A DNA stretch of 63,956 bases, the filler included, from Globobulimina sp. (Eukaryota), in the NCBI GenBank assembly GCA_003354225.1. It is 19 parts of 19 records of this genome, joined end to end, with 100 filler letters (N's around TTAATTAATTAA, not from the genome) between each part and the next. Parts side by side here need not be neighbours in the genome. Positions count along the whole stretch, not along the records: positions 50,584 to 53,852 come from PIVH01003249.1; positions 53,953 to 57,220 come from PIVH01003250.1; positions 57,321 to 60,588 come from PIVH01003251.1; positions 60,689 to 63,956 come from PIVH01003252.1; 15 more parts are not named here. One strand, 5' to 3'. Below, piece by piece: positions 51,007 through 62,329 of this stretch. Position 1 is the first letter of the stretch, and the number at the start of each line of letters is the position of its first letter. Position numbers and translations under genes: made by a program. Below the pieces are notes generated by a model. The model saw only the letters and a list, made by a program, of their open reading frames with translations. It ran no database searches and was not told the origin of the DNA.

Positions 51007-52123
51007 ATGGCATTTTTTAAGAAAGCACTGCAAAAAGCAGATAGTACTTTGAGCAACGCAGTCAGCAGCACGGCATCAGTGACTGTCGCAGCCATAACGA
51101 CTACAGCAACAACAGTGGCAGATACAGCAGCCAGTACCGGCAAAATAATTAAAAACAATACAATAATACCAATTAAAAGCATCATCAGCTATTCATGACC
51201 CGTCAAGATCCCAAATTGGACAAAATAACCATGATCGAGATAACTGGGTCACAGCCCAGCAAATTCGACAATATTTCCGTGTCTCTCGCGGTAGCTTAAA
51301 ATTTCGATTTGCCACCGACGGAGGAAAAGTATTGATTTATCACTGTTGGCGTCCAAACCAGGATGCTTTGATTAATTTGTTTGAAGCAGTGCATGGTCGC
51401 TATGTCAAACAAGTCAGAAACTCTCGTTATAAATATGTCAAATATAAAGAGCATAGTATCAAACATCATAATTACGCAGAGATACTTGGTTTTGTCAAAG
51501 GATTTATCTCTGCCAATTATCCACGAACTCTGCCACTGTCAAAAAGACGATTTGCTATCAGATTGGCGGAATTCTGTGCGGTTTCCATTGATGAAATTGA
51601 TGGGAAATATGGCTTGGGAATGAAAGCAGCTTCGCAGTATTACACTGTCGGTGATACATTGGTCGATGTTCATAGTGGCGTTGGACAAATATTTGGCGGT
51701 AAGCCAGTGACTGGAAGCATAAATTTGGTTGGATCTGCTGCTCAAAATACGGCTAAATTTGGCGTCGCCACTGCAAAATCAGTGGTCAATACAAATGCGA
51801 TTAAAACTGTTGTTTCTGTCCCGCAACATTTAGGAAGTGTAAGTGCTCAAAATGAGGATGAAAAATATATTTTATCGGATCAAAGTCAAAGGAGCGATAA
51901 TTTAGGAATAAATGCGACGAAAAGTGATGATGGATATGCAGTAAAACCAGGAAATATCGAAGGTGATTCGTGTCCGATTTGTTATGCCAACGGGAAATCG
52001 CATGCGTTACAATGTGGACACATTTTGTGTTGGGATTGTGTGCAGAAAGTTGATCAATGTCCATTTTGTAAAGAAAAAAAAACTCGAGTTGTAAAATTGT
52101 TTAATTTAACAGACGACGATTAA
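51007..52123 (+). CDS. RING-finger protein (C-terminal C3HC4), intron near 51134-51188
   Basis: CPICY...CGHILCWDC...CPFC; exon 1 MAFFKKALQK joins in frame. Confidence 0.85.
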
Positions 52124-52535
52124 TTTTTCTTCTTCTTCATCCACTATAAAACTACAAAATACTCCGATTCAAAACACCTTTTGTTAATGTGACAATTCAA
52201 TAGAATTAGTGCATTTAAGTAAATTTCACTCGTCAACTTAACAATGGCAATTCCACCAAATCAACAAGGCCCACGGGATGAGCCAAACGCATACTAATTA
52301 ACTAATAATATAAATACTAAAATTGTGGAATCTGCATTATCTTTTCCCTCTTTTTCAAGATTTCAATAAGTATTCCAATTTCTACAATTATTCAGAATCC
52401 AAATAGGTAAACCCTTTCGTTAATTGCTGGCTGCAATATGCAATTTTTATGAAAGAAAAGCAAAATGGAATAATTAAAAATAGAGAGAAATAATTGAACA
52501 TAGAGAGAAATTTATGAGCATCTATATTTATTCTG

Positions 52536-53837
52536 TTAATGGATTGTATTTTGTATTTGAATGAATCGCAGATGAGCCATTGCAATGTATTTAGACAATT
52601 CATACAACCTATTATCAAAATAATTGTATTTATACAACGCTTTAAAGTCCTTTTCCGATAAATATGACATAAAAACTTTCCTATTTTTTGTCTTATCATG
52701 TTCATGTAACCACTGTTTAAAATATTGACTGTTGTCTAACCCAAAATGTTTGCAAATATCTGATAACGATACATTCCATATTTCAGTGATATCCACACCA
52801 TGCAACGGATCGAATGTGGTCGATAATGGCAACACATAATCTGTTTGCATCATAAATTGTATAGCATTGTAAAAATTAATATCATTTTTTTCATCGTTGA
52901 TCTCGTCCATATTTATCATCATTCCATCGTAACTAGATATCCTCCTACCATATTTTCGTCCGGTTCTGTGCTGAAACCTGCTTCGAATTCGATCCTCCAA
53001 TTTCCTCCGACCGCCATATGGTTTGTGGAATTGATACCCAATCCATCGAGTTAGTGCATTACTTAAATATCCTTCAACAATCCATTTGTTCCTACTGTGT
53101 CCATTCCAATCAGTATCAATCCATTTGTTTTGTAATAAGTTATAGAAAATATCCTGATTTTTAAAGTCCATTATCCATTCATCATCGGTTTGATTTTTCT
53201 GCCGAACTGGAAACATTTTCACATCATTCATAGATCGTTTGTTCATATTTGTATACATTTGTATGAATGATAGTATTCTTTCAATTGGTTGCCGCACTGA
53301 TAATAAATAAATAAATGAATGAGGACATAATTTCGGATACATATATTGTGCATTTCCGTGCATTGGCGATGCACTCGCAATCATTGAATATTTGCCTTGA
53401 GTTGTTATCTTATTTTGAAAATTGCAACTTTTTTGTCCTCCATCTGACGATTTGAACCAACCACCACTTCCTGGGATATTACAATTATGACCAGGGGTTT
53501 TTATATTATTTTGCCGAAATGTTTTGCAGAGTGTGGTTCCTCCACTTCTCGGTAAATGAATATTGAAATAGGAATATGAAGACTGGTTAAATATTTTTTT
53601 AATTTTGAAAAGTGTTTTGTCGGTGTTTATTAACGTTTGTTGAAGAATATTTTCGTTACAAGTGTTTATATTGCTGTCGCAAATGATAATCATTGATCTG
53701 TAGATTAGTAATATTTGATGGTAAGAAGATGAATTATTGCCATCATAATTTATCATAAATGTATTTGTAGTGTGCAGCAACTGATTGATGGTGATATTTT
53801 TTAGGTGACCATAATTATAAGTGAATGAATGATTCAA
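52536..53837 (-). CDS. Golgi-type sulfotransferase
   Basis: 5'-PSB loop HLPRSGGTT; 3'-PB motif VRQPIERILS; C-terminal NYFDNRLY. Confidence 0.8.
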   Translation of the reverse strand: MNHSFTYNYGHLKNITINQLLHTTNTFMINYDGNNSSSYHQILLIYRSMIIICDSNINTCNENILQQTLINTDKTLFKIKKIFNQSSYSYFNIHLPRSGGTTLCKTFRQNNIKTPGHNCNIPGSGGWFKSSDGGQKSCNFQNKITTQGKYSMIASASPMHGNAQYMYPKLCPHSFIYLLSVRQPIERILSFIQMYTNMNKRSMNDVKMFPVRQKNQTDDEWIMDFKNQDIFYNLLQNKWIDTDWNGHSRNKWIVEGYLSNALTRWIGYQFHKPYGGRRKLEDRIRSRFQHRTGRKYGRRISSYDGMMINMDEINDEKNDINFYNAIQFMMQTDYVLPLSTTFDPLHGVDITEIWNVSLSDICKHFGLDNSQYFKQWLHEHDKTKNRKVFMSYLSEKDFKALYKYNYFDNRLYELSKYIAMAHLRFIQIQNTIH

Positions 53838-53953
53838 TTTTATTTCAACAAANNNNNNNNNNNNNNNNNNNNNNNNNNNNNNNNNNNNNNNNNNNNTTAA
53901 TTAATTAANNNNNNNNNNNNNNNNNNNNNNNNNNNNNNNNNNNNNNNNNNNNA

Positions 53954-55546
53954 GAAATTTTACAAAAGCAGAATAAGATAGAAAGCAAATATGAGCGACA
54001 TAGGTTAGCGCGAAAGCTAATAAATGGTAAATATCACCAAAAACCCTCGCCAATGCCAATTAAATCAACGCAATTTGACAATATTCGAAAGAATATTAAT
54101 TTTAAATGTAAAACAGTGTCGGAAATTTACGGAATTTTACAAAGTTCATCAGCAAAAAAAAATAATTACGACCATACCGTGTATGTGTGTGGTATGAAAA
54201 AATGTGAAACGTTATCACAAAATTATTTTTATAGTGAAAAAATAATGAAATTAATTTATGACAACGACATTGACAGAAACGCGATTGTGTACAATGAATT
54301 ATTCAAAATATTATTAAAATACAGAAAGTTAGAAACTGCATTGTCATATTTGACGCATATGATAAAACGGGACAAAATCGCGCCGACAGTAATAACCGCC
54401 ACCATATTGATTGGTGGTTGCAAGGACCGATCCGATTATAAGTTGGCACACAAAATATGGACTCTTATCATTAAGAAAAACAATTTATTGCCAGACAGCA
54501 TTGTTTATACGCAATTAATATCTGTGTACGCTGCGGCCTGCAAACCAGTGTTGGCATTGAATGCATTTAATGAGATGCTGCAATATAACATTTTGCCGTC
54601 GATTACTTGCTATGGGGCATTGATAAATTGTTATTGCCGCGTAAATCAGCTATCGGACGCAATAAAAATCTTGAAATTGATCCATGATAATAACCAATTA
54701 AAGCATGAAATAAGTCATGCGCAGTACACTCCATTTTTGACATATTATTTGCGGCAAAACAAAGCCATCAAAGCGTTGCAAATTTATGATCAATGCGTCA
54801 AATTAATGATGAATAAAAATAAAATAATCAACCATCATCAACAGAAATTCGATCAAACATATTTATTAAGAGACGAATCATTGCAATATTTGCGCGCTGT
54901 GATCTATGTACAATTAATCAAAGAGAAATATGATAAAATGCGGAATGACATGAATGGCATTGAGGGGGATAAGGAGATACAGGAATGGGTTCAAATTTTA
55001 TTCCATGTTATTCCGTATGAAAGAGAATCCATATTTGGTTTAAACAAAATAAATCATCGATTATCGCATCAACAATTACAAATTATGCTGTTGCTGTATG
55101 AGACTGTGGATATTGGGAAAGTGATTGGGTTTTTTGAAGAGGATTTATTAAAAAATGGTAGTTTTGGAATGTGGCAATCTCAATCCATGCCGGGCAATGC
55201 AGGCATAAATAATTGGGTTTTAGATGTGCATTTAATGACATTTCAAGTTACTAAATTTGTATTGAAATATGTGTTTAAATTTGAAAAAGATAACATATTA
55301 AATTGCGATGAAAATAATGCAAATATTCGTATTTTATGTGGTGATGGAAAACACCGAATTGTAAGGAACGAATTGGGGAAAGATTATGAAAATGGTATTG
55401 CTATCTGTGTCATACAAGAGTTATTGTCATGGAATCCTCCAATTAAAAGCAAACGAAGTGAGCAAAATAATTCATTCATCATAATAGATAAAAAAGATGT
55501 TCTCCGATTTTATAAACTTAACGGTGAGCACAACTTGTTAACATAA
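53954..55546 (+). CDS. PPR protein with a C-terminal SMR domain, 5' partial
   Basis: PPR repeats (IVYNELF, PDSIVYTQLI, PSITCYGALINCY); SMR motifs LDVH and ILCGDGKH. Confidence 0.88.
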   Translation, partial: EILQKQNKIESKYERHRLARKLINGKYHQKPSPMPIKSTQFDNIRKNINFKCKTVSEIYGILQSSSAKKNNYDHTVYVCGMKKCETLSQNYFYSEKIMKLIYDNDIDRNAIVYNELFKILLKYRKLETALSYLTHMIKRDKIAPTVITATILIGGCKDRSDYKLAHKIWTLIIKKNNLLPDSIVYTQLISVYAAACKPVLALNAFNEMLQYNILPSITCYGALINCYCRVNQLSDAIKILKLIHDNNQLKHEISHAQYTPFLTYYLRQNKAIKALQIYDQCVKLMMNKNKIINHHQQKFDQTYLLRDESLQYLRAVIYVQLIKEKYDKMRNDMNGIEGDKEIQEWVQILFHVIPYERESIFGLNKINHRLSHQQLQIMLLLYETVDIGKVIGFFEEDLLKNGSFGMWQSQSMPGNAGINNWVLDVHLMTFQVTKFVLKYVFKFEKDNILNCDENNANIRILCGDGKHRIVRNELGKDYENGIAICVIQELLSWNPPIKSKRSEQNNSFIIIDKKDVLRFYKLNGEHNLLT

Positions 55547-55565
55547 TACATAAGTTGCTATGTAC

Positions 55566-55735
55566 AAAACATTCGGACTTCAACTTTTGGAGTTAATCGC
55601 TCACCACATTTAACTTTTTTGGCTTAGTGTCGTTTCGTTTCGTTTATGGTGACTGACAAAGGCAAAAATTATATAGTTTTGCCTTCGTTTCTCAGAAACA
55701 ATAATAATCTGACGTTGAAAACCGGATGCTCTTTC
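55566..55735. mobile_element. Dispersed MITE-like repeat, copy 2
   Basis: Same core as 40264-40374, with a degenerate left repeat AAACATTCGGACTTCAAC. Confidence 0.65.
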
Positions 55736-55877
55736 ATAACCAGTATAGAGCTGAAGATAGTACGTGAATTCAAACCAAACTTGGAACCAAATCCAGAACT
55801 AAGACTTAAAGTTTTTAAAATACAAATTTTCTTTTATCAATTTTACAATGTCTTCATGTCATCAACTGCTTCACTAG

Positions 55878-56815
55878 ATGATCAGGAAATTTATGACCCA
55901 TGATTTGCTCCAAAATATGCACTTTAATCCATACGGCTGTTGTAACATTCAACTAATGCATTTTTGTGACAAGAACAATAGCAAAGATGTTGCATTTGAT
56001 CACAATCATAACTATTATAAAGACATAGGATTTGAGAACCTGAGTAAAAGAGATTATCATTCCATTACAATACCTGCAATCAAGCAATCATGTTAATATT
56101 AAGCAGTCGATCCATTTAAAAAATGTCTATAAATATCCAGTTAATACGGACAGCATAAATCCGAATGAATTTGTAATTTTGTATATTTATGACATTTTAA
56201 AATGGATTGCAAGACAATAGATTGGTAAAACAATATCATCCGGACACAAATCCAAATATTAATCATATTGAAGCTGCCATCAAATTAGAAAAATTAAGAA
56301 AGGCCTATTCTATTTTAACGAATTTCTCATCAAAACAACAATATGATTCATATCATCGCGCCCCATTTCAAGATATACCATTTCATTCAATGCGAAATCA
56401 ATTGGAATATGATGCATTGCTAAGAGAGAAAGAGAGGAAACAAAAAGAAAAAGATCCAATGTCATATTATGAGAAATTGAAAGATAAAACATATCAATTT
56501 AATTATTATGCAGATAAACATAAAAAAGGTGGATTAAAAACAAGCAAAATTGAGACCAATAAAGTTGAATATGACTGCGATAGAAATAATATTTGGAACG
56601 TTAATCAACAAAAATTAAACTCATTAGGAATGTACAGTATTGTTGGAATTGTGATTTGTTATTTAATTTATGATTTATTTGATTTGAAAAACAGTTTAAT
56701 ATTTCGAAAAAACAGAAATAAATTCGGCAGTAAAGCGTCGGATGAAACTGACCAAACTTTTATTAATTGGCTAAATACTGTGAACCGCCAAGACAATGAA
56801 CAAAATAATAATTAA
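55878..56815 (+). CDS. J-domain (DnaJ) membrane protein, intron 56092-56213
   Basis: NYYKDIG...IKQS|YNRLVKQYHPD...KAYSIL; C-terminal TM helix. Confidence 0.85.
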
Positions 56816-57373
56816 ACCGGCTCTTCAAATCACTTTAAACGAGTTGTTCCATCCCATAGTCCCTAATGATCGATCAACTGTAAAAGTCAGAATCCGATCA
56901 CCCAAAACACGCATCCACCGTAACATCATTAACGATAGTTTTTATGCTCTATTCTACATTGAATCAATTCAAAATGAGTGAATGGGTGCTTTAAGTATAC
57001 AAAATAAAATATATATAAACATATAATTGAAAATATCGGACAAACACCCTTACAAATACGGACAAACAATGTAGAAAACAATTGTGTCCATTTCAAAACT
57101 GAATCAGTTTCGCTTTGGTCGCGTCCAATGCTCATTGCAACAAATACGAATCAACAAACTTCAGTACTTTTTTTAACCGATTCGCCATTGTATATGGATC
57201 CAAGATGGATCCCTCATACTNNNNNNNNNNNNNNNNNNNNNNNNNNNNNNNNNNNNNNNNNNNNTTAATTAATTAANNNNNNNNNNNNNNNNNNNNNNNN
57301 NNNNNNNNNNNNNNNNNNNNAAAAACGATATTTGAAAAAAAAAAAAGCAAAAAAAAGAAACTGTTTCCGTATA

Positions 57374-58939
57374 TTATTTTGGCGAATTAGCAATTGCCTT
57401 TTCCCAGAAGGACGTATCAATTTTCTTTGAAGAACTTCCCTTTGGTCTAAGTGTAGGCGGTGTGGGTGGTACCGGTGGTGAGCGTGGAGAAGCAGATCGA
57501 GATCGGGGTGTTAGAGTCACTGGTAAATTAATATTAATATTTGCAATATTTGCCGAACTATGTCTGGGTCTTTTAATGTGGAGCGACACATTATATTTAT
57601 CATTTGTTTCCGTCTCAGCAATGGGTGATGGCGACGGCGAGGGTGCTCTGAATGTTGTGTTTGCCGATTTAGCCATATGCTGTGTGGTTGGTGGTGTAAT
57701 TGGATTATCCGAATTGGATCGCTTCCAACTTAATTTATTAACGGATGGTTTCCTCGTCGATGGAACCGGTGTCTGTACCGTATTGGTGTTGGATTGTACT
57801 TTAATTTGTTGATTTGCCTTATCCTCATTGGCTACATTTTTGCTTAATAAGTCGCCACAAAACTGAATGAGCACAACATCGCACTTTGTGCATAATTTGG
57901 AGTATATTTGTTTGGTGAAATCAAACTGGAGATATAGCATAAAAGACGTAATGATCATATCACAAACAGGTAACAGCCAGGTCCAGGTTTGCTGAATGCT
58001 GCCATGTGTATTACCAACTGTTGCTAGCGTATGTATTTCGATATAAATAGTGCCGATTAAGGATATAAATGAGCCGATCGTGGATAGTAAGACTAACAAT
58101 GTCATTTTGGTCATCACATTCACCAAACTCTGGTTGTTTAACACAGTTTGATTTGGTGCCGGTGTTGTTGGTGTTGGTCGCGGTGAGGGAGAGGGCGATG
58201 GCGAGGGAGACCTTTGATTATTGACACTGTTTTCATCCCGCTTTGACCTGCTTTTCTGTGATATGTTATAAGATATTGTTAACCGCAAATTTCTTCGCGA
58301 ATTCAAACCATTTTTCACCAAACTTTGTAGTTTTGATACAAATAAATATAAAATCCATAAACACATGGATTCAATCAATATCTCCCAAATTATTTGTGAT
58401 ATTATGATGACGGCAATGTTTGAGTTGTTAACGATTTGCATGATGATGATAAAGGAGGTAATAATTAGTATTATCAAACAACAATACATGAGACGCATGA
58501 AATTATTGCTAAATCCATAGGCAGAGTTTGCAAAAACTACTTTTAAACGTATTATGAATACGGTTAACATGGATAAATGGCCAAATTCATCAAATATAAC
58601 GATGGAATATTCTGTGGCTGCGAATGATTTGTGATAATATTGAGCAACAAAACTAGTTCGTGAATCTTGGTCTAATTTGTGGCCATCAATTAATAATATT
58701 TGAATCACCAAAGAAATCATTAACACCACAGATATAAAAAATGATATTATGCCAAATAATGTTATTATTATTATAAATAATATTTGTTTGTTGCTACATC
58801 GATTTGAGCGTGATTTGTTTTTATTTTTCTGATGTGCAATATAAATTAAATGGATTACAATTGCCAATATGACAAAAGCAGCAATGAAAAAGAAAAAAAG
58901 CACAATGTACGCGCTGGTAATTTTAGCTTCCTCTGACAT
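57374..58939 (-). CDS. Orphan GPCR-like 7TM protein with Ser/Pro-rich loop 3 and tail
   Basis: Seven hydrophobic helices, FIIRLKVVF, YSKLCTKCD after TM7. Confidence 0.75.
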   Translation of the reverse strand: MSEEAKITSAYIVLFFFFIAAFVILAIVIHLIYIAHQKNKNKSRSNRCSNKQILFIIIITLFGIISFFISVVLMISLVIQILLIDGHKLDQDSRTSFVAQYYHKSFAATEYSIVIFDEFGHLSMLTVFIIRLKVVFANSAYGFSNNFMRLMYCCLIILIITSFIIIMQIVNNSNIAVIIISQIIWEILIESMCLWILYLFVSKLQSLVKNGLNSRRNLRLTISYNISQKSRSKRDENSVNNQRSPSPSPSPSPRPTPTTPAPNQTVLNNQSLVNVMTKMTLLVLLSTIGSFISLIGTIYIEIHTLATVGNTHGSIQQTWTWLLPVCDMIITSFMLYLQFDFTKQIYSKLCTKCDVVLIQFCGDLLSKNVANEDKANQQIKVQSNTNTVQTPVPSTRKPSVNKLSWKRSNSDNPITPPTTQHMAKSANTTFRAPSPSPSPIAETETNDKYNVSLHIKRPRHSSANIANININLPVTLTPRSRSASPRSPPVPPTPPTLRPKGSSSKKIDTSFWEKAIANSPK

Positions 58940-59081
58940 TATCAGATGACTAGTTCACTTAATAGAGATTTTTGTGCTTGATAAATCTCAATTTATTATC
59001 ACGCCATAGTATTCGCCCTTTTGTTTTGAAAGACGAACCAATCTCAAAACCAACATTCAGTCTTTTAGCCGACTGTTCGCA

Positions 59082-60412
59082 ATGTTATTTGTTTGGTTAC
59101 TAACCATAAACGTTGCATTTGCAGACAATTTGAACGAATTTGATACGTACAATGCAGATGAATGTAAACGTGTTCGTCGATCATGGCCAACATTAAGCAC
59201 ATCAGAAAAAGAAGATTATATTTCAGCATTGATGAAAATACGAGAGAATGGGAAAGGCGATGTGTTGTTGGATGAATTAGTGTCAATTGCATCAGTCCAT
59301 GAAAATAAGTTTGGTGAGATTGAACATAAGGCGTCGTCCTATTTATTTTGGCATGGTTATCTTTTATGGGAATTAGAATCCCGAATAAGAAATTTAGGCG
59401 GAAAATATGCATGTTTTGGCATGCCATATTGGGATTTTTCAGTTGAAAATCAAGCATTAGCTATATTTGATGATATTGTTGGCGGTGATGGGGATCCAGA
59501 TAATTCGTATAATGTTAATGGATACTCATGGGACTATACAACAGAGCAATATTGGGTCCCTGCGCATTGTGACGCAGAAGGTGATGAATATCCATTATGT
59601 TCATTAAAACGAGCAACCAGCACAAATTACGGTGGTTATTCTGCGGTTGAAACAGGTACAAACAGTTTGTTGTAATTTGCAAATTGCATTTTGACACAAA
59701 AATACATGAAAGTGAAATGAAAGTATATTATACAGGTGACGGTATTATGGAAAACGAGCAATTTGCAGATTTCTCGGATTGGTATTCGGACACATTTAAT
59801 TTACCACGCCAACTGTTAACAAGTGTGGAGTATTTATGTTGGCCAGTAATCACAAGCTATGATCCAATTTGGTATTTATTCCATTCGATGGTCTCTTATC
59901 ACCAGGCAATATGGACAGACTGTCATGATTATGATTTGATAGCACCCGGTGATTTAGACGAATATTCGGATGCATACACAGCTTTTTGTTATGAGGATGG
60001 TATATGTGGCGCAATGCAGTTAGATGACAAAATGGTATTTGGCGGCTATTTGCAAGAGAAAGAATGGAGTTTCATCCATGACAATGACTTAACTGTGCGC
60101 AAAGCGTACCATTTCCCGCGGTGGAATATCATTTATGATTTGGGCGATGGGACTGGCTTTTATTCGGATTCTGGTTTAAGAGAACGTTGTGAAGGGAAAT
60201 TAAATGATGACTGGTTTATATTGAACGAAAATGAAAATGATAAAATATTGGAGTCGTCATCGCAATTATTTGTAGGGCCATATGTATCTTCTAATCAATT
60301 ATCAATTATTTTGTTTATTGCAATGTTGATTGGGTTTGGATTATGGTTTTTATTAAGACGAAAAAAACAAAAATTAATGTTATCTCATACGGACAATTAC
60401 GGATCTTTTTAA
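59082..60412 (+). CDS. Tyrosinase-like type I membrane protein, intron 59656-59735
   Basis: Signal peptide, RVRRSW, CuA site H...H...FWH, MPYWD, DPIWYLFH, C-terminal TM helix. Confidence 0.85.
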
Positions 60413-61055
60413 ACGATTCATTAATTGTTTTTTATTTCTAAATTGCTTACGTGCACTGTTTTTTTTTGTTTGTTTTTTTTTCTATCTTTATTATTATCTT
60501 TATTTCTGAATTCTGATCTGAGTGCTGAAAGTGAATTCGAAAGTGGCACAGTTTTTACGCTAGAAAATAAACTCACACACTTGCTAAANNNNNNNNNNNN
60601 NNNNNNNNNNNNNNNNNNNNNNNNNNNNNNNNTTAATTAATTAANNNNNNNNNNNNNNNNNNNNNNNNNNNNNNNNNNNNNNNNNNNNAATTTTCATTAT
60701 GTGGTTTATTGGATATTTTAAGTGAAACAAGAAAAAGAAATAAAATAAAATGTTCATTATATGGCGTATGGAAGGATTATAAAAAAGAGAGTGGAGTTAG
60801 ACGAAGTTGGCTATATTTTGTATATTCATCAATCTCATCATCATTAAATATTAAATATCCAAAAATTAAAATATCAATGCAACAAACAAGTGATAGTAAC
60901 GGTTTTAGAAATGATTTATTAATTTTTGACTGTGTGTGATTGTTAATAAAGATTTTGACGCTCAGCTTTTGTTTCTTGAGCCAATTTGGCATCCTAAATA
61001 AAGAACTACTTTTCATTTTAAATTCCATACTTTTTTCACAACACAGAACATACGG

Positions 61056-61632
61056 GCATTAATACTGCATAATATGATGATAGAGCATTAATACTGCATA
61101 ATATAGCATTAATATCGCATTAATAACATGTAATAGGGGGCAAGTTCAGCTTAGACCTAAGCTAAGCATTTCTATCCTAAGCTAAGCATTCTAAGCATTT
61201 CTAAGCATTTTACTCTCTAAGCATTTCTAAGCTAAGCATTGTAAGCCAAGCTTGAGTCACTAATCTTTTATGTTAAGCATGGCCAATCTTCAAGCTTAGC
61301 TAGCTTAGCCTGCTAATAACAGTCACAAAAAATCATCGCTATAATCAACTGGTTCTTTTAGTGTTGTGCTATCAGTGGTTATATAATCAATAATGTTTTA
61401 TAATCAGTGGTTATTTAAATTTGCTTTCATAATATATAATCCTTGCACACAAATCATAAATAAGGCTCATAAATTAATTAACCAGCTACAAAATGAAGAG
61501 TAAACTAGATAAAAATTCAAAGCTTAGCTCAAAAACTTGAAATTCTAATCTTTGTAGCTTACAACTCTTAGGCTTAGACTGTAAGCTAAGCAAACATCAA
61601 GCCAGCCAGGCTTAACATTCGTAAGCTAAGCA
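61056..61632. repeat. Arrays of GCATTAATA and CTAAGC(ATT) short repeats
   Basis: 4 copies of GCATTAATA at 61056-61125; many CTAAGC/GCTTAG copies at 61149-61310 and 61520-61632. Confidence 0.75.
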
Positions 61633-62329
61633 GAGTTCTACCTTGGGGGCAACAGAGTTGCATTTTGGGGCGATAGCCCCAGAGGCAAGGTAGTCACAGA
61701 GGCAAGAGCCCAGGGTGCAAGACGCACGATTACAAGATGAATGGTGATTTTATATAACATCATATTTTTGAAAAAAATGGAAAAAAAAATCAAGAAAAAA
61801 AAATTTAGAAAAAAAAAATATCGAAAAACTTCTTAGTGAAAAACTTTCTTAGTGAAAAACTTCTTTAATGAATAGTAAAAAAAAAAATCGAAAAAAAATA
61901 TTTTTTTTTATTTTGATGAAAAAAGTAGTATATAGTACTACTACTATTTTCATCAAAATTGAAATTAACATTAGCCCCAATGAATGCTTTCTTAAATACA
62001 TTTTTACATAAAAGTTAAATATCACACAAGGAAAGATTTGTTAAAAAAAGTTAAAAATTACATAAAAGTTAAAAAGCTAAACTATTTTTGCCAAGATTTT
62101 GTATGATATGACCAGTTTATCTGTGTCGTGGCATCGTTTTTAAATTTTTGTGGAGCATCGTGTTAACATTTGAATTCTTTTTAAATATATATATGAATTC
62201 TTTTGTGTAAGTCTGAATAACTCCGTGTTTTCGAGAATGTGTTCTCATCGGTGTTGTCATTTTATATCATTTTGTATGGTGTTTCCACTGATTTTCTATA
62301 CGCATACAAGTATACAACGTAATACAATA

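Noticed and set aside
51134-51188. Non-canonical GC-AG intron in the RING gene
   Set aside because: A canonical GT donor a few bases upstream gives the same frame.
1464-60412. Alternative genetic code (stop reassignment)
   Set aside because: Long conserved ORFs read cleanly in the standard code; breaks are explained by introns, frameshifts or junctions.
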